Shown piece after piece: positions 1 through 10,229 of a DNA stretch of 64,000 nucleotides. This DNA is from Nitrospirota bacterium (GTDB lineage Bacteria > Nitrospirota > UBA9217), in assembly GCA_029858565.1 (NCBI GenBank), contig JAOUEV010000001.1:107420-171419 (forward strand). Reading direction: 5' to 3'. The number at the start of each line of letters is the position of its first letter. Position 1 is the stretch's first letter. A program made the position numbers and the translations under genes. Below the pieces are notes generated by a model. It was not told the origin of the DNA. It ran no database searches and saw only the letters and a list, made by a program, of their open reading frames with translations.

Positions 1-6
1 GAATAT

Positions 7-690
7 GTGTATGGAGGAATGTGCACAAACTGGACGGTTTCAAATTTTGATGCTCACAATGTAGGTTTTATCTACTCTACCACCTACGGATGGACTGCCG
101 GCTCGGGAAACTGTAACTCGTCGGCGGCGCTGGCGTGTTTTCAGATCGGGAACGGCGGACCGCTCCCGGCCTTTACCGCCACGGGGAGAAAAGCCTTCAT
201 TACGTCGACCAAGGGGACCGGCAACCTCGGCAGTTGGGCCGACTCAGGCGGCAACACAGGTGTTGCTGCCGGCGATGCGATCTGCCAGGCGCGGGCTTCC
301 GCCGCCGGTCTTGCCAATGCGGCAAAATTCAAGGCGTGGTTGTCCGATGGAACCGCGGCGATGGATAGCCGGTTGACGGGCAATGGCCCCTGGCTCCGTC
401 TCGACGGCATGGTTATGGCCAAGGACAAGACAGAACTCATGAGCGGCAGTTTGCCGACCAGCATCAACGTAACCGAGACAGGGGTGTACGTCGGCGACGC
501 AAATTCCCTTGCCTGGACGGGCACGAAGTCAGACGGCACGGCGCACGCAGACACTTGTAACGGCTGGACCGATGCAACAAACGGGATGAGCGGATTGGCG
601 GGGATGCCTTATGCCGCGAACCTCTGGTGGACGTTCTTCACGCTGCCGACCTGCGACACGCAGGCGTCGCTCTATTGCCTGGAAGACTGA
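7..690 (+). CDS. C-terminal fragment (5' end outside window) of a secreted Cys-containing Gly/Thr/Ala-rich protein of unknown function
   Basis: ORF open to window edge; conserved Cys positions (CNGWTD, LPTCDT, LYC); no recognisable catalytic motif. Confidence 0.4.
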   Translation: MYGGMCTNWTVSNFDAHNVGFIYSTTYGWTAGSGNCNSSAALACFQIGNGGPLPAFTATGRKAFITSTKGTGNLGSWADSGGNTGVAAGDAICQARASAAGLANAAKFKAWLSDGTAAMDSRLTGNGPWLRLDGMVMAKDKTELMSGSLPTSINVTETGVYVGDANSLAWTGTKSDGTAHADTCNGWTDATNGMSGLAGMPYAANLWWTFFTLPTCDTQASLYCLED

Positions 691-725
691 GTTTTCGCAA
701 AAATCAAGAAGACACGTACTGCTTT

Positions 726-755
726 GCGGCCGCCCTTCGGGGCGGCCGTTTCTTT
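726..755 (+). terminator. Rho-independent terminator: GC hairpin CGGCCGCCC-TTCG-GGGCGGCCG followed by TTTCTTT
   Basis: perfect 9-bp GC stem, 4-nt loop and T-rich tail about 35 nt after the stop of ORF 7..690. Confidence 0.6.
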
Positions 756-810
756 GGAACGTGTATCGATGCTTCCCCCGTGGCAGGAATATGCTGCGGC
801 GAACAGAGCC

Positions 811-840
811 TTGACCCGCCTTTGCCCATGATGCTAGAAT
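811..840 (+). promoter_or_regulatory. sigma70-like promoter TTGACC-N18-TAGAAT
   Basis: near-consensus -35 and -10 hexamers about 55 nt upstream of ATG 896; the ATG at 839 lies inside the -10 box and is unlikely to be the start. Confidence 0.45.
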
Positions 841-895
841 GCACACTGTTCACCGGCATGGATATCCCGATCATGGCAGCGCATTCTTTCCGTTC

Positions 896-1729
896 ATGAC
901 CCAACTTACCGAAGAGACTTTTGAAAAGACCCTCCGTTCCTTTATCCGCTCAGAGCGTATAGACCTGGGCGGCGTCACGTTCATCGATCCCTACGGCATG
1001 GTCGGCCTTTTGGAGATCGGCGAGCTGTGCATGCTCGAGGACGTGAAGAAGACGATCGTCCTTCCCCGATCCCCCGAGGTCTGCAGGTATCTTGAGCGCA
1101 TGGACTTCTTTTCCCACGCGAAACGATACTTCACCCTTGAACCCATGCAGCCTCCATCTGATGGCAGCAGCGGCGCCTCAGATGTACTGCTCGAGATCAC
1201 ACCCATCGAACGGGCCAACGATATCCACTATATTGTCGGCAAGGTGCGGGAGCGGGCCCAGGCCATACTTACTGCACATCTCCGGTACGATGAACGGGCC
1301 ATCAACGGGTTCATCGTTGCCCTTTCCGAGGTCTGCCAGAACATCATCGAGCATAGCGAGAACAAGGGCTTTGTGGGAATCCAGAAGTACCGTTTTCCGA
1401 GCCTGGGAAAGAACATCGTCAAGATCGCGGTCATGGATGCGGGCATAGGATTTCGCAGGTCGCTCTCGAACCGCTTCAAGCTCAAGAGCGATCTTGAGGC
1501 TATAGAAAAGGGCCTGCTCCAAGGCGCGTCGCGCCACGAGGACGAGGGCCGTGGCCACGGCCTTGCCGCAGTGCGCAGGTTCGTGACCCAGTGGCAGGGC
1601 AGGCTCTCGATCCGCTCTGGCTCGGCCCGTCTCTCACTTATCCCGAAGTGGTCGCGGGGCAGGGAAAAGGAACTGAACCTCACGCAGTTCCCCGGCAGCC
1701 AGATCAACATCATCCTGCCGGAGATGTGA
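896..1729 (+). CDS. STAS-like N-terminal domain fused to GHKL/HATPase_c ATP-binding domain (RsbW/SpoIIAB-type anti-sigma kinase-like)
   Basis: N box QNIIEHSENKG, G1 box MDAGIGF, G2 box GHGLAAV; N-terminal IDLGGVTFIDPYGMVGLL resembles a STAS strand-helix; start taken at Met896 downstream of the promoter. Confidence 0.55.
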   Translation: MTQLTEETFEKTLRSFIRSERIDLGGVTFIDPYGMVGLLEIGELCMLEDVKKTIVLPRSPEVCRYLERMDFFSHAKRYFTLEPMQPPSDGSSGASDVLLEITPIERANDIHYIVGKVRERAQAILTAHLRYDERAINGFIVALSEVCQNIIEHSENKGFVGIQKYRFPSLGKNIVKIAVMDAGIGFRRSLSNRFKLKSDLEAIEKGLLQGASRHEDEGRGHGLAAVRRFVTQWQGRLSIRSGSARLSLIPKWSRGREKELNLTQFPGSQINIILPEM

Positions 1730-1854
1730 TCAGGCCCTATCCTGATCTCGAACACCGTTTTATTCCCGCGCTGATAACGCCTGTTTTATTGACAGCTCTC
1801 GATCAAGTTGGTACTATGTTGCAGTTTGTTGAAGCCGTTCTGAAGGAGAATGAA

Positions 1855-2253
1855 ATGAAGAAACAGATTGTGATGTTGTTCCTGGCAGCAGGTCTCATGA
1901 TCGCCCAGAGCGCATTGGCTGCTGAAACAGCGCCGCTCAGCACTCCGGAGCTGAAGCAGGCCATCGGCGCGGGCAAGAAGAACACGGTTGTTTTCTTTAT
2001 CAACCCCAACGGCGGTCCCTGCAAGGCGCAGAAGGAGATCCTGGTTCAGCTTCAGAAGGACCGGAAGGGGAACTTCAATATTGCCTACGTGGATGCAATG
2101 AACCAGGCGAACCAGAAGGCGTTCTATGACTACGGCGTCAGGAGCCTGCCCACGGTCGTGGTCGTTGACGGGAAGGGCAAGATCGCAAAGTATTTCCCTC
2201 CGGGCATCCAGAGCTACGATGTTCTGGCAAAGACGCTGGACAGCATTAAGTAA
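1855..2253 (+). CDS. periplasmic thioredoxin-like protein (TlpA/ResA-like) with signal peptide
   Basis: AAGGAG SD before ATG 1855; signal peptide MKKQIVMLFLAAGLMIAQSALA; thioredoxin-fold length; redox motif degenerate (GGPC); stop overlaps ccdA start by 1 nt. Confidence 0.65.
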   Translation: MKKQIVMLFLAAGLMIAQSALAAETAPLSTPELKQAIGAGKKNTVVFFINPNGGPCKAQKEILVQLQKDRKGNFNIAYVDAMNQANQKAFYDYGVRSLPTVVVVDGKGKIAKYFPPGIQSYDVLAKTLDSIK

Positions 2254-2897
2254 TGGACCTAGGCATAACAAATATCGGATTGGCAATAGGCGCGGGGCTC
2301 GCAAGCGTGATGTCTCCCTGCGTGCTGCCGGTCGTTCCGGTGATCATGGCGGGGGCGGAGCGGGAAGACCGCCTTCGGCCCCTGCTGATCGTTCTCGGGC
2401 TGTCGCTCATGTTCATGATCATGGGCGCGATCTCGTCGCTCTTTGGCGCGCTTCTGGTCGGAAAGACCCGGTACATCGAACTGACCGGCGCGGTGATCAT
2501 CATGATCATGGGCTTTGTGGTCCTGTTCGATCTCAGCCTGTTCAAGCGGCTCTATCAATTGTCGAACATTCGCGTGAAGGGCGAGGGAAGGTTCTCGGGG
2601 CTTCTGCTCGGCATGGCGCTCGGCCTTGTCTGGGTCCCCTGCATCGGTCCGTTCCTGTCCAGCATCCTCACCATGGTCGGCACGAGCGGAGAGATGGCAA
2701 AGGGTGTTTTCCTGCTCGGATTCTACTCTCTTGGCCTTGCGATCCCCATGCTGATCGTGGCTTATTCCTCACATCTTCTGCAGCGCAAGCTCAGTTCCCT
2801 GGCACGGCATGAAGCGGTATTTCGCTATGTGACCGGCAGCATCCTTATTGCTTTTGGTCTGTACTCCATCCTTGTCGGCAACATCGCCTTCTCGTAA
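2253..2897 (+). CDS. ccdA: cytochrome c-type biogenesis / thiol-disulfide electron transporter CcdA (DsbD beta-domain family)
   Basis: six predicted TM helices with the two conserved Cys motifs SPCVLP and VPCIGP; translationally coupled to the thioredoxin gene. Confidence 0.8.
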   Translation: MDLGITNIGLAIGAGLASVMSPCVLPVVPVIMAGAEREDRLRPLLIVLGLSLMFMIMGAISSLFGALLVGKTRYIELTGAVIIMIMGFVVLFDLSLFKRLYQLSNIRVKGEGRFSGLLLGMALGLVWVPCIGPFLSSILTMVGTSGEMAKGVFLLGFYSLGLAIPMLIVAYSSHLLQRKLSSLARHEAVFRYVTGSILIAFGLYSILVGNIAFS

Positions 2898-3004
2898 CTG
2901 ATTGATATTATAGGTTATAATATCAATTAAATAACCACTTGACAAAAGTCTTGAAATATGGTTCAATTGATTCAATTGAATTGGATGTTTTTAGCGGGAG
3001 CTCT

Positions 3005-3571
3005 ATGGAATTAACGATCAATACCGGAACTTTTGAGCACAAGATCTATCCCATTCGAGGACAGAAGGTCATGCTGGACAGCGACCTTGCTGCTATGTAT
3101 GGGGTGAATATCGGCGACCTGCATCGCGCGGTAAAAAGGAATATGACACGATTTCCCAAGGACTTCATGTTCCAGTTGACACCCGATGAGACCGAAACCT
3201 TAAGATGCCAAACCGGCATCATGGGACTGCGTGAGCATCTTACAGCCCAAAACGCCGGCATAACGCCTGCTCGTGGAAAACAGCGGAAGTATCTTCCCCA
3301 GGTCTTTACTGAACAGGGCGTGGCCATGCTTTCCAGCGTGTTAAAGAGCCGGCAGGCAGCTCACGTCAATACTGCAATCATGCGCACGTTCATCAGTGAT
3401 TCCCGGTTCGCGGTTGTTTTCGATGCCATTCGCGAGTTCATGACTCAGACGGACAAGATCGGTTTCCTTGCCAGGGAAAGCATGTCTGTCTATAAGACAG
3501 TTGCTGAGAGATCATTATTGGCAGCCTCAAAAGCGGATAGGAAAAAGATCCATCATGAGGTTGCACGATGA
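3005..3571 (+). CDS. ORF6N-domain (KilA-N-like, phage antirepressor-type) protein
   Basis: YPIRGQKVMLDSDLAAMYGV motif typical of ORF6N N-terminal domain; GGGAG SD before ATG 3005; local GC about 50%, below flanks. Confidence 0.55.
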   Translation: MELTINTGTFEHKIYPIRGQKVMLDSDLAAMYGVNIGDLHRAVKRNMTRFPKDFMFQLTPDETETLRCQTGIMGLREHLTAQNAGITPARGKQRKYLPQVFTEQGVAMLSSVLKSRQAAHVNTAIMRTFISDSRFAVVFDAIREFMTQTDKIGFLARESMSVYKTVAERSLLAASKADRKKIHHEVAR

Positions 3572-3951
3572 AGCCGGTGGCCACGGCAGAAACAATAGCG
3601 CGACAGATTTATCTGATCCGCGGACAGCACCGAAAGTATTTACCCTATGCATTTACCGAGCACGGGGCGCTCATGGCTGCGAGTGTTCTTAATACGCCGC
3701 GTGCCGTCGAGGTGAGCATTTATGTTGTGCGCGCATTCGTCAAGCTCCGGGAAATGATCGCTTCTCATAAGGATCTCGCAAATCGCTTTGATGATTTGGA
3801 GAAACGATACGATGCGCGGTTTACCGTGGTTTTCGACGCTATTCGCGAACTGATGACCGTTCCGGAGGAAGAAAAAAGAAAAATCGGGTTTCTGGCAAAG
3901 GAGAACCATGCGGTCTATGCGTCGCCTGACCGCAGTAATGCAGTGGCCTAA
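3568..3951 (+). CDS. N-truncated paralog of the upstream ORF6N-domain gene (C-terminal module only)
   Basis: aligns with the C-terminal 120 aa of ORF 3005..3571 (RKYLP, RFxVVFDAIREx, KIGFLAxE conserved); ATGA start/stop overlap. Confidence 0.5.
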   Translation: MKPVATAETIARQIYLIRGQHRKYLPYAFTEHGALMAASVLNTPRAVEVSIYVVRAFVKLREMIASHKDLANRFDDLEKRYDARFTVVFDAIRELMTVPEEEKRKIGFLAKENHAVYASPDRSNAVA

Positions 3952-3961
3952 TAATTTCGCT

Positions 3962-4525
3962 ATGACCACTTACGACCTTCATACACTCCTGAAAGAGGAG
4001 ATCAACAGCGACGCCCGGGACCTCGTGACCCGGCCCACCGGCCAGGCCATCCGCATACGGATCGAGCGGGACCTGGAAGCGGAGCCCGCGGGAACCGTGA
4101 TCGGTCTCGACTTCTCCAGGGTCGGAGTGATCGACTATTCCTGCGCGGACGAGATCGTGGCAAAGCTCCTGTCGCGGCTGCTTTCGGGCGAGTACGGGGA
4201 CCGGTATCTCCTGCTCCTGGGGCTGAACGAGAACCAGAAGGAGAACATCGAGGTGGCGCTGGAACGGAAGGACCTCGCCATCGCAGGCCAGATGAAGGAC
4301 AACGGAAGGGCGCTGCTCGGGAGCCTGAACAATTACCTCCGCGACACGCTCGATCATATCGTGAAGAACCGGAAGGTATCGTCAAAGGACCTGGCAGACG
4401 CCAAGAAGCTCGAGCCGAACACGAGCGGAACACGGCTGCTGAACCTCTACAAGAAGCGGCTGGTAAAACGGATCGAGGAACTGCGCAGCGACGGCAAGGT
4501 CTGGGTGTATGAAACGCTGGAGTAA
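3962..4525 (+). CDS. DUF4325-type STAS-like domain protein (putative anti-sigma antagonist-like partner)
   Basis: VIGLDFSRVGVIDYSCADEIVAKLL STAS-like core; start set at the first ATG after the upstream stop; no clear SD. Confidence 0.45.
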   Translation: MTTYDLHTLLKEEINSDARDLVTRPTGQAIRIRIERDLEAEPAGTVIGLDFSRVGVIDYSCADEIVAKLLSRLLSGEYGDRYLLLLGLNENQKENIEVALERKDLAIAGQMKDNGRALLGSLNNYLRDTLDHIVKNRKVSSKDLADAKKLEPNTSGTRLLNLYKKRLVKRIEELRSDGKVWVYETLE

Positions 4526-4582
4526 AACAGCGCGAAGAAGCAACGGTGTTCTTATCAACGCGATTGACCGGAGGGTTGGATC

Positions 4583-5041
4583 ATGGACAAGATCAACGAC
4601 AGAATAGTCCTTTTTATCGCGCAGGGCGCGTACAGCGGCAGGGTGCCGTTCGCACCGGGAACAGCGGGAACGGCGGCTGCTGTTCTGCTGTATCTGCTGC
4701 TTAAGGCGCTCAATCCCGGGGCCTATCTTGGCGTATGCGTGCTCGTGACGGTCCTCGGGACCTGGATGGCAGGCGAGGCAGAGCTGCTGCTCAGGAAGAA
4801 GGACAGCCCCTCCATCGTTATCGACGAGATCGCCGGTTTTTTAGTGGCCATGTTCCTGGTGCCGGCGAGCTGGGAGTACATCGTTGCGGCTTTCCTGCTC
4901 TTCCGGTTCTTCGATATCGTCAAACCCTGGCCGATCAACGGGCTTCAGAAGGTCTCCGGCGGCGCCGGGGTGATGCTCGACGACCTGGGAGCAGGGATCT
5001 TCACGAACATAGTTCTTCAGATCGCGGCACGAAACCTATGA
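4583..5041 (+). CDS. pgpA: phosphatidylglycerophosphatase A
   Basis: PgpA family length and motifs (GTAGTAAAV, DEIAGF, FRFFDIVKPWP); GGAGGG SD. Confidence 0.8.
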   Translation: MDKINDRIVLFIAQGAYSGRVPFAPGTAGTAAAVLLYLLLKALNPGAYLGVCVLVTVLGTWMAGEAELLLRKKDSPSIVIDEIAGFLVAMFLVPASWEYIVAAFLLFRFFDIVKPWPINGLQKVSGGAGVMLDDLGAGIFTNIVLQIAARNL

Positions 5042-5142
5042 AGGGAAAGGAGTAAAGGATTGCAGGATTAGGAGGATTACCCCCTGGCATTATCAGACGG
5101 TTAATCCTTACCTCTCTACTCCTCTGATCCTGATCTTAAATC

Positions 5143-6378
5143 ATGCGCGCTGAGATCATAGCAACCGGCAGTGAACTGTTGACCGGCAGGACCGTGGACA
5201 CCAACTCCCTGTTCCTTGCCGACGGGCTTCTGGACCTCGGCATCGAAACCGCTTTCAAGTCCGTGGTAGGGGACGATGAAAAGGACATGGAAGAGGTCTT
5301 CCGCCGCGCCCTTGACCGCGCGGAGGTGATCGTGATCACCGGCGGCCTGGGCCCCACGGAGGATGATATCACGCGCAAGGTGCTCGCGCGGATGTTGAAG
5401 AAACGGCTCGTGCTGAACGAGAAAGCGCTCAAGGCGATCAAGGACGTGTTCGCTGCCCGGAACAGGGAGTATCCGGCGTCGAACGACCGCCAGGCGCTCA
5501 TCCCGTCAGGCGGCCGGGTGCTGGCAAATCCCGTGGGCATCGCTCCGGGGTTCTTCCTGATCGAGGAAGGGCGGTTCATTGCCGTGCTTCCCGGAGTGCC
5601 GCAGGAGATGCGGACAATGTTCAGCGAGTCGCTCCGGCATGAGCTCGCGGCCCATTGCCGCAGCGAGGTCTTCATCCACCGCAAGGTGCTGCATACCTGG
5701 GGCATCGCCGAGTCAAAGGTCAACGAACAGCTTGAGGATATACTGAAAAAGGGCAAGCCCGTCATGGGACTGACCGCGCGGGAGACCGGCGTTGATATCA
5801 GCATCCTTGCGAAGGAAGGGAGCCGCGACCGCGCGCTCACCCTGGCGGACCGGACAGAGACCGAGGTCCGCAAACGGCTCGGCGACGCGGTGTACGGTAT
5901 GGACAGCCAGGCCATGGAAGAGGTCGTGGGCGCCCTGCTCAGGCACCGCAAGCTCACACTCAGCGCGGCCGAGTCCTGCACCGGCGGATTGATCAGCTCG
6001 AGGATCACGAACACTCCCGGAAGCTCCGACTATTTCGAACGAGCCGTGGTCACCTACAGCAACGCATCCAAGACCGAACTGCTGGGTGTTCCCGCGGAGC
6101 TGATCGCGGCCCATGGCGCGGTGAGCCGGGAGGTCGCGGCTGCCATGGCAACGGGCATCCGGGAACGCGCGAAAACAAGCCTCGGCATCGCGATCACCGG
6201 GATCGCGGGCCCGGGAGGCGGTACAGCGGAAAAGCCTGTGGGTCTTGTGTACCTGGCCCTCGCAACCGCCGAAGGCGTATCGGTCGAGGAGCGCAGGTTC
6301 CTGGGAGACCGCGACCAGATCCGGCAGCGTACCGCCCAGGCGGCGCTGGATATGGTGAGGAGGCATCTGATTGCGTGA
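5143..6378 (+). CDS. cinA: CinA family protein (MocF-like N-terminal domain plus C-terminal NMN deamidase PncC domain)
   Basis: MRAEIIATGSELLTGRTVDTN N-terminus and C-terminal CinA domain (ESCTGGL). Confidence 0.85.
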   Translation: MRAEIIATGSELLTGRTVDTNSLFLADGLLDLGIETAFKSVVGDDEKDMEEVFRRALDRAEVIVITGGLGPTEDDITRKVLARMLKKRLVLNEKALKAIKDVFAARNREYPASNDRQALIPSGGRVLANPVGIAPGFFLIEEGRFIAVLPGVPQEMRTMFSESLRHELAAHCRSEVFIHRKVLHTWGIAESKVNEQLEDILKKGKPVMGLTARETGVDISILAKEGSRDRALTLADRTETEVRKRLGDAVYGMDSQAMEEVVGALLRHRKLTLSAAESCTGGLISSRITNTPGSSDYFERAVVTYSNASKTELLGVPAELIAAHGAVSREVAAAMATGIRERAKTSLGIAITGIAGPGGGTAEKPVGLVYLALATAEGVSVEERRFLGDRDQIRQRTAQAALDMVRRHLIA

Positions 6379-6443
6379 TTGCGGATTGCGGATTGAAAAA
6401 ACCGCTGGCATAATCCGCAATCTGCAATCGGAAATCCGAAATC
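6371..6443. repeat. heptamer-repeat hairpin (TTGCGGA/ATCCGCA units) filling the cinA-thpR intergenic space
   Basis: left arm ttgcgtgattgcggattgcggattg, right arm taatccgcaatctgcaatcggaaatccgaaatc are reverse-complementary; same motif family as the tRNA-cluster spacers. Confidence 0.7.
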
Positions 6444-6446
6444 AAT

Positions 6447-7001
6447 ATGCGTTTATTCATTGCCATCGAGCTCCCCGAATCGCTCAAGCAGGAGATCGGG
6501 ACGGTCCGGGAACAGCTCAGGAAGAGCGGGGCAGATGCCAACTGGACCCGGCCTGAAGGCATCCACCTGACGCTCAAGTTCCTGGGCGAGGTGGAGGAGT
6601 CCCTCGTCCCGTTGATCAAAGGATCCCTTGCAGCGGCTTGTCGGGGTATCGGAAAGTTCCGGATCGAGATCGCGGGAGCGGGCGCCTTCCCGAACCTGAA
6701 GGCCCCCCGGGTGCTGTGGCTGGGCGTGCAGGGTGACGTGGAAAAGCTCGGAGCGCTGCAGGCATCGGTCGAGGACGGGATGGCGGATCTGGGATTCGAG
6801 CGGGAGGAACGGAAGTTCAGTCCTCATCTTACCCTTGGCCGCGTTAAGTTCCCCAGGCCACGGGACAACTGGCAGGACAGGATCAGCGAGATCAGGGACG
6901 TGCAGCTCGGCGGATTCGAGGCCGGTCACGTGAGCCTGATGAAGAGCGAGCTACGGCGCGACGGCGCGGTGTATACGGAAATGGCGAGGATAGAGATCTA
7001 G
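6447..7001 (+). CDS. thpR: RNA 2',3'-cyclic phosphodiesterase (2H phosphoesterase, LigT/ThpR)
   Basis: two H-x-T/S-x motifs (HLTLKF, HLTLGR), about 184 aa. Confidence 0.8.
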   Translation: MRLFIAIELPESLKQEIGTVREQLRKSGADANWTRPEGIHLTLKFLGEVEESLVPLIKGSLAAACRGIGKFRIEIAGAGAFPNLKAPRVLWLGVQGDVEKLGALQASVEDGMADLGFEREERKFSPHLTLGRVKFPRPRDNWQDRISEIRDVQLGGFEAGHVSLMKSELRRDGAVYTEMARIEI

Positions 7002-7036
7002 ACGAGAAACGAGAAACGAGAAACGAGAAACAGGAA
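7002..7036 (+). repeat. tandem heptamer repeat (ACGAGAA) x4 plus one degenerate unit, immediately after the thpR stop and 70 nt upstream of recA
   Basis: read directly from the sequence: acgagaa acgagaa acgagaa acgagaa acaggaa. Confidence 0.8.
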
Positions 7037-7108
7037 CTCACTCGTCGCTTGTCTCTGGTCACTTGTCACTGAGTAAATATCCCGGGACATCCGGAAAGGA
7101 GAACGAAC

Positions 7109-8203
<1,095 letters not shown>

Positions 8204-8272
8204 CGCCCGCCGCCGGATAATATTAGAAATTTCGCGCAAGTTAATGTACAATAGAACCACTTGCCGGTCGGT

Positions 8273-8310
8273 CCGGCCGCGTTCAGCGGTCAACGGCCGG
8301 CGCGATTTTT
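8273..8310 (+). terminator. putative Rho-independent terminator after recA (CCGGCCG stem, 19-nt loop, CGGCCGG then GATTTTTCT)
   Basis: 7-bp GC stem followed by T5 tract. Confidence 0.45.
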
Positions 8311-8361
8311 CTGCCCCGCCTGCTTGTCAGGCGTCGGTGCGTCTGGTTTGCGGGAGGTACC

Positions 8362-9579
8362 ATGCAACTGAATGATCTGCTCAAAGCGACGTTCGAAAAA
8401 AGAGCGTCGGACCTGCATCTGAAGGTCGGTGTTCCACCGGTCCTCAGGATCGACGGGAGGCTGGTGCCGCTTGATGCCGAGAAGCGGCTGACCCAGGAAG
8501 ACACGGTCGCGATCGCGTCGGGCATCATGAACCCGGGCCAGAAGGCCCGGTTCAACGAGAAGAACGAGCTGGACCTGGCCTACGCGGTCCCGGGGCTGGG
8601 ACGTTTCCGCGTGAACATATTCAAACAGCGCGGCAGCGTGGGCATGGTATTCCGGTCCGTGCCCGCGAAGATCCTGAACTTCGAGGAGCTGCTCCTGCCC
8701 CCGGTATTGACGAAGGTCGCCCAGGAGCAGCGCGGCCTGATACTCGTGACCGGGACCACGGGAAGCGGAAAATCCACGACGCTCGCGGCCGTGATCGATT
8801 ACATCAACACGGCGCGCACCACGAACATCGTGACCATCGAAGACCCCATCGAGTTCCTGCACCGGGACAAGAAGAGCATTGTGAACCAGCGCGAGATCGG
8901 TTCGGACACCTTCACCTTCGGAGAGGCGCTCCGGAGCGCCCTGCGCCAGGACCCCGATGTCATCCTCGTTGGCGAAATGCGCGACTTCGAGACCATTTCC
9001 ACAGCGCTGACCGCGGCCGAGACCGGCCACCTCGTGCTGTCCACCCTCCATACGGTGGACACTTCCGAGACCGTGAACCGCATCATCAACGCGTTCCCGC
9101 CCTTCCAGCAAAAACAGGTGCGCATGCAGCTGGCATCGGTCATCAAGGCCATCGTTTCCCAGCGGCTGGTCGCGCGCGCTGACGGCAAGGGCCGCGTGCC
9201 TGCCGTGGAAGTGATGCTCGGGACCATGTCGGTGCGCGAAGCGATCATCGACGAGACCAAGACCCGCACCATCCCCGGGATCATATCCTCGGGCATGGTC
9301 CATTACGGCATGCAGACCTTTGACCAGTCCCTTCTTGGCCACTACAAGAAAGGCATCATCACCTACGAGGAAGCGCTCACCATGGCAAGCAACCCCGACG
9401 ATTTCGCGCTCAAGGTCAAAGGCGTGCAGTCTACGAGCGACCTGGCCATGGAAGAGGATGAAAAAAAGAAGTCCGGATCAGGCATACGGGGCACCATCGG
9501 CGGAGCAAAGCCGGCGGCCAAGGAGTCCCCGGGCTCCTCAGGAAACTCGGATTTCAAGATCGACCGGTTCGGCAAGTAG
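8362..9579 (+). CDS. pilT: type IV pilus retraction ATPase PilT (with about 50-aa low-complexity C-terminal extension)
   Basis: Walker A GTTGSGKST, PilT family motifs, AIRNLIRE-like helix; GGGAGG SD; C-terminal tail KKKSGSGIRGTIGGAKPAAKESPGSSG is atypical. Confidence 0.9.
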   Translation: MQLNDLLKATFEKRASDLHLKVGVPPVLRIDGRLVPLDAEKRLTQEDTVAIASGIMNPGQKARFNEKNELDLAYAVPGLGRFRVNIFKQRGSVGMVFRSVPAKILNFEELLLPPVLTKVAQEQRGLILVTGTTGSGKSTTLAAVIDYINTARTTNIVTIEDPIEFLHRDKKSIVNQREIGSDTFTFGEALRSALRQDPDVILVGEMRDFETISTALTAAETGHLVLSTLHTVDTSETVNRIINAFPPFQQKQVRMQLASVIKAIVSQRLVARADGKGRVPAVEVMLGTMSVREAIIDETKTRTIPGIISSGMVHYGMQTFDQSLLGHYKKGIITYEEALTMASNPDDFALKVKGVQSTSDLAMEEDEKKKSGSGIRGTIGGAKPAAKESPGSSGNSDFKIDRFGK

Positions 9580-9618
9580 GCGTGAGACGTGAAACTAAAG
9601 AGGGATAATATCATTTCA

Positions 9619-9649
9619 GGGCGGTCCTCAGTGACCGCCCGTTCAATTT
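9619..9649 (+). terminator. hairpin GGGCGGTC-N-GACCGCCC followed by GTTCAATTT, downstream of pilT
   Basis: 8-bp GC stem; the following tract is only weakly U-rich. Confidence 0.4.
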
Positions 9650-9653
9650 GACC

Positions 9654-10142
9654 ATGGAGCAGGACGACAAGGAACTGAAACGGGCAAAGAACAGCGCCTA
9701 TCGTTTTCTCACCATCCGTCCCCGAAGCAGATACGAGGTCGAGCATAAGCTTCAGGACCGGGATTTCCCCTCGGACATCATCACTTCCGTCATTGATCAT
9801 CTTATCAGGCTTGGCTATCTTGACGATCGAAGGTTTGCGGCCCAATGGGCAGCGAGCCGTGTACGGACGCGCGGATTCGGCAGACGCAGGATCGAGCAGG
9901 AACTTTACACCAAGGGGATCAGCCGTGAACTTATCACCGATACCCTGAGGGAGCTCTTTTGCGACGAGCCGGAGCTTGATGTGGCGCGCAAGGAGGCGGA
10001 AAAGAAGCTTCGTTCCCTCGGACGGTTCGACCCGGAGGTCCGGAAGCGGCGGCTTGCCGGGCATCTGGAGCGGAAAGGATTCCCTGCGGAGATAATCGGG
10101 AAAGTCCTGAGGGAGACGGGCCGTGACCGACGCGAACCTTGA
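9654..10142 (+). CDS. recX: recombination regulator RecX
   Basis: three-repeat helical RecX architecture; ORF-track TTG start at 9648 replaced by in-frame ATG 9654. Confidence 0.8.
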   Translation: MEQDDKELKRAKNSAYRFLTIRPRSRYEVEHKLQDRDFPSDIITSVIDHLIRLGYLDDRRFAAQWAASRVRTRGFGRRRIEQELYTKGISRELITDTLRELFCDEPELDVARKEAEKKLRSLGRFDPEVRKRRLAGHLERKGFPAEIIGKVLRETGRDRREP

Positions 10143-10229
10143 CTAATCCGATGAGAAGGGGTATGATCATCCGTATTAAGTTACGGATAATCGGAGGATA
10201 TCGTGAAAGCAGCATTCAAAAGGGAAGAG

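Noticed and set aside
839-895. Upstream ATG 839 as start of the HATPase gene
   Set aside because: ATG 839 lies inside the predicted -10 hexamer (TAGAAT 835..840); Met896 chosen instead, though neither has a good SD.
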